DNA of 64,000 nucleotides from Marsupella aquatica (GCA_973895155.1 OZ316899.1:705573-769572), one strand, 5' to 3'; shown: positions 1-12,858, counted from the stretch's first letter. Notes: a model not told the origin generated them from the sequence alone. Made by a program: numbers and translations.

Positions 1-1305
1 TGGAACCCTGAAAACAACTTCCTGCTTGCCTGAAACACCAATTTTGTGAAGATGTGGCATTGGTTCCGCACATTTCTGCAAGATACTTCGAATTGATTAT
101 GTGAACAACACAACGTAGTCTTTGGTCTTGATGGTCCCTTCATTCCCATGAACACCAACTTTTGCCCCCTCCATGTATCGTGAATACATTGTGTAAAATG
201 TTCCTCGAGAAAATCCATGAATATTCCAGAAAGCTTCCTTGCAGATCCTGCTTCCCTTGAATACAATCATGCCTGAGGCGATGGTTTCATCGTCACGATA
301 GTGAAGATGATTGAGCACGTAAGTATGTTGCTCAACATGAGATAGACCATAGTACTCTTCCCTAATGTCAGTGACGGTCTCACGGAGTTGTCGTCGACAA
401 CAACTCTGTGTGCAACAATCAACCCGATAAAGAGTATCTATGGACACCCGAAACATCTTTTGATTGCGTCTTTTCTCGAGTCGGTTTCTCTCCTTCTGGT
501 TTGAATCTTGAGGATTTCTTCATTGATTATTATAGCCCCTTTTTGGCTTGATATATGAGAGAATTCTAACTCCCTCATCGTTACCATCATTCCGATCTAA
601 AAGATCACTCAAACATTTCATTCCAGACTCAATCCTAGTTTTGTTGATTGGCCATCAAACTGTGCATGGTGATCCGTCAACAAATTGAGGGAACAAAACT
701 TTTCCCAAGCCAACTTCAATAGCTAGACTCAAAATATTCACACCAACATGATCTTCCCCAACTTGCTCGTTGTTAATGGACGCGAGAGGATGTGGGTTTA
801 TGATGCAACCTCTTGCGAGCAAGGTTTCTCCGTCGTCCGCATAGAGAAGGGTCAACTTTTTGAACCATGTGGTACATCTTTCAGAACCTCCGCAAAAACC
901 TCTGTCCCCTCCAGTCTGGTGGCTGATTCAGAATTACCTTGAATATTGTCAATTGGGTCAGCAATGACATAAGCTGACTCTGTTTGACCTCCAAGATTCA
1001 TGTCATTTGCATGGCGGACATCTTGCTGATCCCACAAAACAATGGAGTTCACCGACTCTCCTACTAGATCAGCTCCCGGATGTGGATACGGCAGTTGTGC
1101 GAGGTGAAAGAAAGCATTGTCCACCGCCACACTTATCCGTTCTGCTCCAAGCAACACAGTGGCAGGTGTCGGAAGGTAGAACACAAAAAACCTTCCCACC
1201 AGCAACTGGTTGTTCATTGATAAGCATGTGAACGACTTCTCCAGGTAGAAGCTGCGTTCTAGAAGCCATTTTGGATCTGAGGAAAAACATTTGCAACAAA
1301 AACAT
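1..1305 (-). pseudogene. Decayed transposase-like gene: two Tnp1/En-Spm-like (DUF8039-like) barrels, then a Cys-cluster and HGNxG...MPH region resembling the N-terminal half of DUF7869-type proteins; continues past the left edge
   Basis: ORFs 1069-1305 and 852-1217 join by frameshift (QPVAGGKV...GAERISVAVDN...LPYP...VLWD). One frame then runs from 855 to the window edge with three in-frame stops (655, ~510, 97): LLARGCI...VGEDHVGV, DCCTQSCC, ICKEAFWNIHGFS, HGNEG, and after the stop at 97 SIRSILQKCAEPMPHL. Family names are recalled from motifs. Confidence 0.55.
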
Positions 1306-1432
1306 CTTTTAAAACATCCTGCACGAGGCTCATGTGAAAATCTCTAACTCTAATCTAAGCAAATATCACAGAACTGAAAATTCAAATCCAGTTTAAACAA
1401 GCAATGAAGACAGTCATCTAAAAAGTTGAATG

Positions 1433-1575
1433 TGTTGTGGGATAAATGAGACAAAGAGTTCATTCCATCTTTACTCTTGGTAGAATATGTACATGTGGTT
1501 ACGGCCTAAGTAGTTAGGGTAGTTACATAGGTAGTTATCCCAAAGGTAGACTTAACTCAAGTATGAGTTACAACA
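1433..1575 (-). repeat. 3' LTR of the Copia-like element
   Basis: TGTTGTGG...TTACAACA, differing from 4253-4395 at one visible position; adjacent to the PPT. Confidence 0.92.
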
Positions 1576-4238
1576 CTCCCCCTTTGTAACATTGGGGTTG
1601 AAATGTTACAATCAAGAGTCTACTTTGGGTATACTCAGTGGTATACAATAGGTTTTGTTTATGTCTAGCCTATTTTATAAATGGTGTAGCCATCTCAAGT
1701 CTACTATAAATGAAAAGCTTCTCCTAATAGATGTCTTATAATTCATGTTGCATGGTAAAGTGTAAGTGGGGGATGTAATCTCATTAAAACCTCCCCTACT
1801 TTCTTTGTGGGAGGAAAGAGTATTACCATCCCCATGGGTGAAACATAATTGGGTTTAAGCATATAGTGTATGTGTAATTTCTACAAAGTATCTTAAGGTG
1901 CTTGTCAGCACTATAGGCTTGTTGAAGATCTTCCTTGGTTGATTGTTTCTCGTGTCTCCTTCCAATCGGGAAATGGAGACTCCTTGATGGTCACCGATTA
2001 CATGCCATGACAAAGTAAAGTATTAGTACAAAATGAAGATGATATGGTGTAATCCATGGCCTTGGAATTGGATTGGGTGTCCAACCCTAGATTTGGTGTG
2101 GGCATAACCTATTTGCACCACATCACGTACCATATCCACAACGTAGGGTTATCATATTGGGGTATGGCGCACCATCTCTTATGGTGCCTTACCATGCCAT
2201 GTCTCACCTTATGGTACCTTATGACCTGGTATTGTACCTCATATTATCATATGGTACTTTAATATCCAGTATACCTCATCAAGTATTGGTAAGTGATTGT
2301 GTTAACACCATGTTCAATCATCTATAAAAATTCCTTAGATTTCATGATTTGCCATATGCATGGAATAAAGTTCCATTTTTAGGTATTCATTGGTGCGAAA
2401 GGCACTTGTGCAATAGGCACATCCCATGGGTTACATTGCTTAATGTCAAGTCTTACTTGAGGTCTCCCCCTCAATTTGTCGTTTACTTCCATGTGCAGTA
2501 GGCACTCTTTGGCTTCCATGTGTAGTAGGCACGGAGCTTAACTTTTAAGTGCAGTAGGCACATTGGGAAAAACAATTCTCCCCCTGAATTTGTGAATGGC
2601 AATTCTTATATGGTAATATTCCCAATAGATATCTTTCGTTTTAATGCCATTTCGTCCCCATTCTTAGTATGTGTGTTTCCCTGGTTCAGTGCACATTGTT
2701 CTTTGTATACGCAAATCTATTTGACGGGTTTTGCAATTAAGGAGGGTTTGCACTTAGCGGTATGTTCTCGACGTTTTCTCGACGTTTCAGCGTTTTTGTT
2801 GTGAGATTTGTTCTTTGCTGCGCGCGTTCCCCTTCGTGCTCTTATCCTCTTTTCTCCGAGCTTCTGTTGGTTCGTGCTCCCAATGGTCAACTCGTAAGCT
2901 CATAACACCAATGCCCCTACCCCTGGTCGTGGATTGTTCCATCTTATCCATGCATACTGCCAATCTCACGAGAACTGTTGTTTACTGAAACTGGCATTCT
3001 GTGTCCTTCTGTGCTATAGGTGCCGTAACTTTGGGACTCCCATTGGTCATTGCTATCCTCCTTACTTTCCTCATCCTTGTGTTTGCCTTTGATAACGAGG
3101 AAGAAGAAATCGAAGGCACAAAAAATGCCTAAGGGAGAGAACTTTCCGCGGCGCGACAGAGTGTCCGAGTCCCCTCTTCTCTTCTCCACTTTGTTTTCCT
3201 CGTACTCGGGCGACATCTCCTGAGCAGCCGAGGCCTTTATCCGCGGCTTACCGTAATGTAGTTGCATGACACAATTCACCGCATTCCTTGCATTGCTATC
3301 TTTCAACATAGCAGACCTCCGAACAATTGTAGGAGTTTCCAGTGGCTTCGCTCTCAATTCAATGTGCTTGCATAGTTTTCTTGGTCACAGTTTTCGGTAA
3401 GAAGAATGAGAAATCAATCCAATTAACTTCATCAACTCCAGGAACTCACAAACAGATTGGTAGTACCGGTGGAGAAAGAGCAAGAGAACATAGTGAAACG
3501 GACTGGACCAGGACTATTGACGCATGTGTGAACTAATGTGGCGCAGGCCAGTTCAGAATGCAAAGCAGGACTACGATGAAAATTCATTCGCGGATAACAA
3601 TGAAAGAATCACTGTGTGACTTTGGGAACTAAGACCCTAAGCGGGGATAGCATTGCCTTTCCCGCAGTCCTCATTGCACGGCAGGAATGAAGAGACACAG
3701 CAGGAATTCCGTAGGGACCATGATATCTTCGTAATCCTTGCCACTGTGCAGAATTAACCTAGGAATTTGATAACTTCCGAGGCAATAGGTCGCTTCAAAA
3801 CTGAAATATCGACGAGGCATCATCGCAATTCTGCACTTAAAGTTGACAGAGACACCAAGATCGAGGGAATCCATTGCTCAAAAAATTTGTTAAAAATGAG
3901 AAGAAGACATCCAATAGCAACCATGAAACTTAGGACGAGCGGGATCCCAACGTGCATAGCCCAAGCCAACAACAAACGATGCGGACGCCATTTGCTCACA
4001 ATACATTCCGCTTTCCCTTCACACAATTGGCCGCATTCAAGCTAACATCAATGCCATCTTCGTCCACATTCCGCCACAAATCAGACTACAAAGCGAGCTG
4101 CAGCGCTTCAAGCAGTTCTCGCAGAAAAAAAAACTAAAAAAAACTTTGGCACATTCAAATCACGTCTTCAGGGCTCTCCTTCATTTCTTTGTCTTAGATT
4201 GAATCAGTCATGGCCTAAAAATTCAGCCAGTCTTAGGC

Positions 4239-4252
4239 TCGTGCTGATAACG
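4239..4252 (-). promoter_or_regulatory. Primer-binding site CGTTATCAGCACGA, complementary to the anticodon arm of tRNA-Ile (half-tRNA priming)
   Basis: Directly abuts the 5' LTR. It pairs with the recalled plant tRNA-Ile segment UCGUGCU(I)AUAACG, with inosine opposite C. Confidence 0.65.
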
Positions 4253-4395
4253 TGTTGTGGGATAAATGAGACAAAGAGTTCATTCCATCTTTACTCTTGG
4301 TAGAATATGTACATGTGGTTACGGCGTAAGTAGTTAGGGTAGTTACATAGGTAGTTATCCCAAAGGTAGACTTAACTCAAGTATGAGTTACAACA
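4253..4395 (-). repeat. 5' LTR of the Copia-like element
   Basis: Direct repeat of 1433-1575; adjacent to the PBS on the minus strand. Confidence 0.92.
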
Positions 4396-4419
4396 GAATG
4401 TTCTTTCATTAAAGAGAAA

Positions 4420-5205
4420 ATTCTATTGTATCTTAGACAAGGGGAACAACACGAGACTCGTGTAGACAATCAAAAGTCCAAGATTCAATAGAGATTATGA
4501 CTGAATCCACACTAGTAGGCTCTTAAACCTTCTATATAGAGATGGATATTTTGAAATGAGTATTCTTCTTAGAGGAACTTTCTATTGAACGTTGTATTTG
4601 GATAGACGAGGGGAACAACACAAGGCTTGTGTAGACAATCCAAAGTCCAATATTCAATACAGGTTACGACTGAATCCACACTAGTAGGCTCTTAAACCTT
4701 CTATACAAAGATGGATATTTTGAAATGAGTATTCTTCTTAGAGGAACTTTCTATTGAACGTTGTATTTGGATAGACGAGGGGAACAACACGAGGCTCGTG
4801 TAGACAATCCAAAGTCCAATATTCAATACAGGTTACGACTGAATCCACACTAATAGGCTCTTAAACCTTCTATACAAAGATGGATATTTTGAAATGAGTA
4901 TTCTTCTTAGAGGAACTTTCTATTGAACGTTGTATTTGGATAGACGAGGGGAACAACACGAGGCTCGTGTAGACAATCAAAAGTCCAAAATTCAATAGAG
5001 ATTACTACTGAATACACACTAGTAGGCTCTTAAAACTTCTATAGAGAGATGGATATTCTGAAATGTTAGAGGAACTTTCTATTGAATGTATTGAATGTTG
5101 TATTTAGATAGACGAGGGGAACAACACGAGACTCGTGTAGCAAATCAAAAGTCCAAAATTCAATAGAGATTACTACTGAATATACATTAGTAGGCTCTCA
5201 AAACT
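4420..5205. repeat. Tandem array of ~5 copies of a 169-bp unit, each carrying the palindrome ACACGAG-N-CTCGTGT
   Basis: GAC(G/A)AGGGGAACAACAC recurs at 4436, 4605, 4774, 4943 and 5111 (spacing 169, 169, 169, 168). Confidence 0.95.
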
Positions 5206-5700
5206 TGTACAGTTAAACCACATCCCAATGGGAAAGACTCAAGCACATACATTCACCTACTGACACAATCACTAAAACAAAATTGAAAATGATAGGAGAA
5301 AAACTGTATGAGAAACTGTACCGATGCAGTACTTGAAACAATAGAGCACGCTTTAACGACAGTCCCACCTCGGACTGAAGGCACGAATGAGTCAGGACTC
5401 AAACAATGACTTGCACAAAGTGGTATGTCACGTTATATAGTGAGTGGGGGTGCAAGAATTTCAGATTTTCAACTCTACTAGATTGTTGTGTAGTACTTTT
5501 TTGTGGCGGCGTGGTGTGTGGTGAGCAGCCGTTTCCATAAATGCAGATTGGTTTGGCGGCGGGTGGTGGTTTGCCATGTTAGTGACACGTCCTCCACCAG
5601 ATCTCGAGTGTCAGGTTTGGCGGCTGGGTAGCAACCGCAATCATTGTTTGACAATATTCCACGCAGAAGGGGTATATGTTGCTTTCCAGCTCGTTGTCGC

Positions 5701-5820
5701 TCTCATTCTCTTTCTCTCTGAATCACGCTCTCTCTCTCGCTCTCTCTCTCTTTCTCTCTCGCTCTCTCTCTTTCTCTCTCGCTCTCTCTCTTTCTCTCTC
5801 GCTCTCTCTCTCTCTCTCTC
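5701..5820 (+). repeat. (CT)n microsatellite with 20-bp higher-order repeats, in the probable 5' region of the coiled-coil gene
   Basis: Pure CT tract with periodic GC/TT interruptions. Confidence 0.95.
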
Positions 5821-6014
5821 ACGCTTGGCCCTCAAATTGTTTCACGCTCTTTCACACTCACGTCAGACGATAAGCTCTTTCATGCTCGTCTTGAACTATA
5901 AAAGGACCTCGGACCTCGGACCTTGGACCTTGGATCATTTGTGTTTTCTATTTGTTTTTGCTCAACTCGTCGGTCCTTGACATTGCCGTGGAGGAGTTTG
6001 CACGTGCAAAGGGA

Positions 6015-6691
6015 ATGACGACTTCTTTGGCAGAAAATGACGTCGGATTACTTGCTCTGGCTGCATTGAGGAAGCTCAAAGGTAATTCTGACCTACATTT
6101 ATCGGTTTTCTATGGATTGTGCTAAACTTGAGTCTGCTCTACACGAGAGTCGTGTAGAATGGGTCTCTTTCATCGACCCATAGTCTCTATTTGAGAGCCA
6201 TTATGTCAGAATTTAGAATTTCTTGTTTAGTTCTACGCGAGTCTCGCATAGAACCGATTCTCCAATCTTGGAAGATAATGGATTTCTACGCGACTGTCGT
6301 GTAGAAACTCATGTTTTCTACGTGACTGTCGTGTAGAATCCTCGTTCGGAGATAGTACCATATGGAATCAAAACATTGTTCATGTGACTTTGTTCGTTTA
6401 ACTTTTCTAGAGGAAGGCACTCATCGCAAGGACGATTTTGAGAAGATTGAGGGATTGTTACAAAAAAGTATTTATGCTTTTGATATGAGTTTGATGGAGA
6501 ATTCCATTCTCCAAAAAGCGTTGGAGGAAGAAAAGGAAGCAATAGAATACGAGCGGGAGCAGATGTTTGCAAAGTATCGATGGGCACAGATCCAGCATTG
6601 ACTACTTGCAACGTAGCGGCAAAGTCCATGAAAGCTTCTCTTGAGATGGAGAAGTTTCGAGATCGTCAAGTTCATGACTTGCGACAGGAGC
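6015..6691 (+). pseudogene. Coiled-coil protein gene of the host element, 5' part; interrupted by the CACTA insertion
   Basis: ATG at 6015. A GT-AG intron 6082-6410 joins in frame (LRKLK-EEGTHRK). E/K/Q-rich heptad-like sequence with a frameshift near 6580-6600. Removing 6692-16667 and one TSD restores RQE-LADGRERERQLDTK. Confidence 0.6.
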
Positions 6692-9600
6692 CACTAGTAC
6701 ATTTTCAGCGTTTTTCCGATGCTCCGATATCGCGCCTCGTCACTCTTTCGATACTAATACCGTCGCATAGTTCTGATATTTTACCTTACGCAATTTGCCA
6801 TTATTTTTACATCGCATATTATTTTTCCGATACAAAAGCCATCGGTCCCTATTTCCATTATTTTTGGCATCGAAAGTGTTCCGATGCGGAGAGGATCGGA
6901 AATATCTCTGATAACTTTCATGAGGGGTTTGATGCAGATTGAATCGGATATTGCCACAATTGTAAGGCACTATGTTTCCGAGTACTTTCCATTGGTCACT
7001 ACATTGGACAGAGTGTGGGAAAACCAACATTCATAAGTTTATTAAGAAATGTGGTCACTCTCATAGGAGAGGGTACATGAAATAAAACAATCATAAAAAT
7101 AATGCCGGTAAAAGTAAACATTCAGAGGTGGTCCTATTTGATTGGTCCCAAGGTAGACTAGCAAGGACCTCAAGGCTCAGGGTCCAAATCTTCTACTACA
7201 ACTACATTGGGTCACTCCTGGACTATGGATCGTGATCGTGGAATATAACTCATGACAATGGACCACTCAGGATCATCGGGACAGGGAAGATAGAAGGCCT
7301 GCTCAAGATGATCAGGGAATGCAAATGGATTAGAGGTTCTCCAAGTTGAGCTAATGACACTATTTGCACCTGTCTTCAACCGTGTGAACCCACAAGCATC
7401 TTCTTTGCAAGTTTGGTTTTGGCCAACAAGGTTCATCCAAAACCATTTGCACTTCAACACCACCTCCTCCAAAGTGGTGTGTGCATGGTACTTTGCACTC
7501 AATATCTCTTCAATCTTTCCATAGTGGGCCACCATAGAGCGTATTGGATTCCTATCAGATATGCTACTTTGTGAATCTTGGGTGAACCAACCCATGACCC
7601 CACAATCTTGTGTAGCTGCCCTCTTGTCATCAAGTCGTTGCACATGAAAATGTCTTCCCTTTGACCACATGGCTGTCCGAGTTGTCACCGTAAGTAATGG
7701 TCCATGAACCAAGGTGCGAAGACTGTCTGTAACCAAGGGAAGTCTGACACACTCTCCCCTTGCTCCAACAAGGCATCAATCTCTATCAACTTTTCCCTCA
7801 TGTACGGGACAAACTTGGGGAAGTTGCGTGGCCGACGACTATTTGCCTTTTCCTCCTCATAAAAAGTTGTCCAATCTCCCACAATCTCAGGCGAGTTATA
7901 CAACATAAATGTAGTAAGTTGAAGACGCTCAGTTGAGCCCATAAGTTGTTCTCCCTTTTCCCCTGTGAGACGGTCATCCTCAAAGTCTGCTTCCCTTGAT
8001 GCCTCGTCTATCCAGCCCCTTGGAGCTTTGGGATCAAGTGTAGCTACAATGTTTGTACAATAAAACATGCTCTCTGCTCCAAGATGACGCTCAGCAATGC
8101 TACCTTCCACTCTTGCACGATTTGACACATATGACTTCATCACTCCCATATACCACTTTACCCAGTACATCCAACGACAATGTACCGGCCCTGCAATCGC
8201 AACCTCACGCACTAGGTGGAGGAGGAAGTGAACTTGACCATCAAAGAATGAAGGAGGGAGTGCCCTCTCCAACTTGCACAATACCTCCACTCCAAAAAGG
8301 TCCATCACTGCAATCTCATCCTCATTCACCTCTTTCTGACACACCCACCTCAAGAGCTTACCTAATGACCATAGGGCATCTCGAAGATCCTCACTACCCA
8401 ATCCAATAATTGCAACTGGAATGACATGTTCGAGTAACCGATGAAAATCATGTGTTTTCAGGTAAGATGGCCATTTTGGAGAATCATCACCCCCAAATGC
8501 CTTACAAAGATTGGCACCATAACCTGTGGGAAACCTCATTGACCCTATACGTTTTTGAAACTCAGTCCGCTCACCTCTGGTCAATACCCAAGGAGGGTGA
8601 ATAGTCATGGGGCATTAGGAGGATCCATAGATGGCCAAAACCCATGAGGGCCATGCATCCCCATCTCCTCACAACTCTCTCTCCAGTTGTTGTCTTTCTC
8701 TCCATATAGATGGCGAATCAATGACCTCCCAACATTCCCCTCAATGTGCATAGGGTCAAACAAATGGTTAATTGGCATCTCAGCCCAATATGACAGCTTT
8801 GACATTAATGCAGACAATCAAGTCATGCCACATCGGGCCAACTATAATGGATCATCCGGGTCTGTCACTCTATCCCATACATCTTTCCAATAATGTGGAT
8901 CCCTTGGCACTGGTTGAGGGCGTGTGTCTGGTTGGCCATCATCTGTGTCGTATAAGAATGGGTCACGCCTCCATTCATGCTCTGGGGGGAGATACTTTGT
9001 GTGACCAATGTAAACTATCTTCCGTAGGGTGGTAGACTTTGGGCGTGCCACTCCCTCCAAATCGGGCCCACAAGTTGGGCAAGCTCGATATCCCGAGACC
9101 TGCAACCCAGAGATATATCCAAACCCTACAATGTTCACACCCACTGCATACATTAAACAATGGCCAGGGGTCCAATATATGATAAACCAAGGCATAATTA
9201 ATATGGGGTGAGGTATATTATCCAGAAATGACAAACCATGCATAATTTATATGGGGTGAGGTATATTTCCACATACCCGGAAGATTGTGTATGGTCCACA
9301 TACAGATGGCTTTCAATTTAAATTCACGAGGTAAACCACCCGTAAGCACTCGACCATCATAGCAATCCACTCCTCTCCATAGTTGTTGAAGCTCCTCCAA
9401 CAATGGTTGCAAGTAAACATCAATCTTTTTTACTTGTTTGGGGCCTGGGATAATCATTGAGAGCAGCAAATGACCCTTCTTCATGGCCATCCATGGAGGG
9501 ATGTTATAATTTGTAAGGACTACTGGCCAAACTGAGTATGGTTGGGCCTTCCCTGCCAATGCAAAGGGGCTGATCCCATCTGATGCCAAACCTAGACGTA

Positions 9601-10506
9601 CATGACGTGGATCTGTCTTGAACTCACCCCATTGGTCCTCCACAAACCTATTGGCAGGTGAGTCCACCATCATACGCATGGTGGGCGGATCTGAAGTCAT
9701 ATCTGACCGGTTCTTGGAATGCCACACCATATACTCAGCCAACTCCGCACATCGGTACTGGTGCCGTAATCTAGGGATAAGAGGAAAATACCTCATGACC
9801 TTTTGTGCTACTTTTCCAGTGAGCATGTCCTCTCGATACCTCGGTTGGTCACATGTAGGACATGTAGTGGCATCTTTGTGTTCCCCCCTAAAGAGAACAC
9901 AATCATTCACACAAGCATGTATGACTTTGTATTTGAGACCTGTGGATTTCAACACCTTTTTTGCTGCTTTCTAGGAACTAGGCAAGCAGTTCCCTTCTGG
10001 CAAAATCCGACTATGCAAAGTCCTGAAAAGATCATCAAGAAGGAGATTGCTTGCACCATGTCTTTGTTGCAAGTTCAACAATAACATTATTCCTGATAGT
10101 CGAGACAACTGTGACCCCTCAAAAATCCTTGTTTGTGCATGGTCACGAGCTTCCTCCCATTGTCTAGAGTGGGAACCTTGACGTGAAGGAATGTCATGAT
10201 GAGCATGTGTTGTGGTGTCAAATGCATCACCCATACCATGGTCACCATCCTCTACGTCATAGAACTGGTGCATGAGATCATCCATGGCCCTCTCATCCTC
10301 AAGTCTGTCATTGGTGGCATTAGATACTTGCTCAGGAGGGATATCTTCATTCGCTGAAGCTTGAGCCCTACGCCAATCTTCCATGGCCTCGACAAGGTGT
10401 TGCCGCATTGCTCGTGATAATACCCCCACATCTGGTTGAACATACACATTCTAGCAGTTCACAAACATACATAAATATTAGAAGAGACCCACAATGAGAC
10501 AATTGT

Positions 10507-10533
10507 TTTAGGGTTTAGGGTTTAGGGTTTAGG
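10507..10533 (+). repeat. (TTTAGGG)n telomere-like/telobox tract inside a transposase intron
   Basis: Three full units plus TTTAGG. Confidence 0.9.
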
Positions 10534-10663
10534 ATTTATTTATACAAAGAACCAAATTTGTTTGGAAACCATTGTCATGTATTTTATGTTCAACAAAAGA
10601 GGTGGTATATACATGTCTGCCCTACACAGGGTGAGAAAGGAATGCTTTTTTGGGAGCATCCCA

Positions 10664-11125
10664 CTCATAGTCGCAAAACAACTCCTCGCCAGCCCTAATG
10701 GTTGTAATGGCTACAGTCATGACATGGTCATCCATGTGTTTTACATAATAAGGCTCTCTAGGTGGACCAAATATTTGTATCCACTCAACATTAGGCCTAA
10801 GTCCTCTCCCTCTCCCACGAGTACTATTGATGTACCTGGCTATGTTGTCGGAGCGAACAGGGTCCCCATCAATCATCCAAGAATGCCAAGGCCTCCGCAT
10901 GACCTCATCCGGATCAGAATCCATTTGCAATGCATAGACACCCCAAGATGGGTGTTGGCGCAATAGAATGTTCCAACTTTTTGAAGTGTATACGGGACCA
11001 ATATATGGAAATAGGTGCTCCCCATCATAACCTCGGGGCCATGGCTTTGTAGGGACCAAAATGTCCTCCAAGGCAAATACGCCAAATCCTATGTCAGGAC
11101 CAAGGGAGGATGTCTTCACTATCCA
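10664..11125 (-). CDS. SET-domain (lysine methyltransferase fold) segment within ORF 10622-11536
   Basis: SSLGPDIGFGVFA (GxG motif I), YIGPVY, IDG, ARYINS (RFINHS-like), PNV, IRAGEELFCDY (GEELxxDY with the catalytic Tyr), all in canonical order. Confidence 0.88.
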
Positions 11126-12858
11126 TTGGTGACCCCATATGTGGATAGGAGTGTCAATGGTTAGGCCAGGGGGTATTTTGAATCTCTCAGATGAGAAATC
11201 CTTCAAGATTGTCAATGCCTTCCCAGTGACATATGAAAGCCCCAACCTCCCTTCCACTTCCACATAGTCCTCTCCTGGCGGTACTCTATGAGTATGGTGC
11301 AGAACTTGGTCCTCGGTCTCATGCACACCCAAGGGTTCATAACGACGCCGTTGTCTTTGGGAACGTGCTCGGGTGCGACCAACCCTAGATGGAACTGGTA
11401 TAGTCTCCGGATCAACACAAGGGAGGCTACATTGAGGGGGATCTGATGATGCTGCTAACAACTCTCTTGCACCAGCCAAAAGTGTGTTTACCCATAAGTC
11501 ATTAGAGACCAATGGAGGAGAGGTCCTACGAGGCACCTATTCAATCACAAAAAATACCAACAATTAATAAATGTATGGGTGCAATGTTACAACTTGTGCA
11601 TATCAATGTCTCCAAGTGCAATAAATGATGCATACCTGGCGAGCAGAATATCCAAGTAAATCACCCTCATATCGGCCATAGTTTCTCAATGGGCTCAATG
11701 GCTTCCCAGGCTTGACAAACCACCATGCCTTTACATCTAACACACCAGCATGGAATAGGTCCTATAGGAGGAGGACATTGAGTCCGAGGAGGGGGAGGAG
11801 GAACGTCCCCCTCAGAAGATGACGAGGTTGAGTCTGAGTCCGACTCAGAACTCCCAGAACAGGACATCTGCCCATCATCCATACACAATGTCATTATATT
11901 TTAGAATCCGCGCCATTGTGATTTACATATATATGTCTTAAGGCAAAACAAAAAAATGTTTAAATCAATAATACCTTAATGAGACCCGTGCTCTGCAGTG
12001 CCAACTAGGATCTTGGCCTTAGACTATATGCTAAGACAAGTCTGAAATTACTGCACAAGAACACTTCAACTTAATTAGTGTGGAACAAGATCAATAATTA
12101 ACCTCTGTATGACCATAATTATAGTTGGCTAAGGGGCCGACCTATGTCGGGCACCTCCCAACATTCACCTCCAGAACCTTTTAGAGTGGTCCAACCATAC
12201 CTTTCAGACGTGCAGGCTCTCGCTGTGCATGCTGCATTACAAAAAATGGACCCCCAAAAAAGCTCAGCAACCTAACCCTCCGCAAAAACTGAGTGACTTA
12301 ACCCTCTGCAAAAAAGAACTGCAAAATTTGGCATGTCACTGTATGCATAAGGTTAGCTAGCTAGGTGAATCCATATTTTGCCCCCAAAATGTCACAATGT
12401 AAATACCACACAACTCTCAAATATAACTCGCAACATCTATACATATCAACCACCTCCAAACCACACAATGAGAAGGGACCGCGGCTCCAACGGTCCACCC
12501 TATCCCTAAAACCCTGCTTAAACACATAGAACCAACATAGGGTCATCAAACATACAACCAAATTAATTGCCATAGTTATTCTATCGGAAAAGACTTTGGA
12601 CATGAGTAATACAAGGAATTAACAAGAGGGGTCCGATGCTGTAAGAATCGGACATCCACTATGTTTCCGATAATTATAGCATCGCTTGTTCTGATGCTGT
12701 AAGAATCGGATCCATAGTCGGACAAGTTTTAGGTTTCTCGACCAAAGTGCCACTCCTTAGTCGGGCTTTGCATCGAAAGAGCTTCGGGAGATGTTTTCTT
12801 TGGCAAAAGCCGGGGAGGTGCGTGGTCGCAAACTGGAATTGAAGGCCGGGAGGAGCTT

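Larger units (their letters stand above)
1433..4395 (-). mobile_element. Non-autonomous Copia-like LTR retroelement (2,963 bp) with 143-bp LTRs
   Basis: Near-identical TG...CA direct repeats at 1433-1575 and 4253-4395. 5-bp TSD GAATG at 1428-1432 and 4396-4400. Minus-strand PPT AAAGGGGGAG at 1576-1585 and PBS-like sequence at 4239-4252. No recognisable gag/pol ORF. Confidence 0.9.
7212..11894 (-). pseudogene. CACTA TnpD-like transposase: N-terminal CxCxxC, SET exon, Transposase_21, DUF4218- and DUF4216-like regions
   Basis: Motifs IHACVNDC, VRLGLASDG, YSVWPV, IIPGPK, IDVYLQPLLEEL, GYRACPTC, DPMHIEGNV, LKTHDFH, FPPSF-like LPPSFFD and HCRWMY. Introns 11537-11635 and 9126-9276 restore the frame. 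In-frame stops at 9971, 8842 and ~8820; frameshifts near 11690, 8610 and 7740. Confidence 0.92.

Noticed and set aside
2592-4137. Short hydrophobic ORFs inside the Copia-like element
   Set aside because: Short, on both strands and without a recognisable family; captured gene fragments cannot be supported without a search.
4420-5205. Regular array with palindromic cores, superficially CRISPR-like
   Set aside because: Whole 169-bp units are repeated with no unique spacers, there are no cas genes, and the context is eukaryotic.
5576-5980. ORFs rich in SL/RE repeats
   Set aside because: Artefacts of the (CT)n microsatellite.
6580-6942. 120-aa ORF as a real gene
   Set aside because: Chimeric: it crosses the CACTA TIR at 6692, and the true continuation is at 16668.
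9180-9276. ~49-bp duplication near the TnpD ORF end
   Set aside because: Lies inside intron 9126-9276; an ordinary local duplication.
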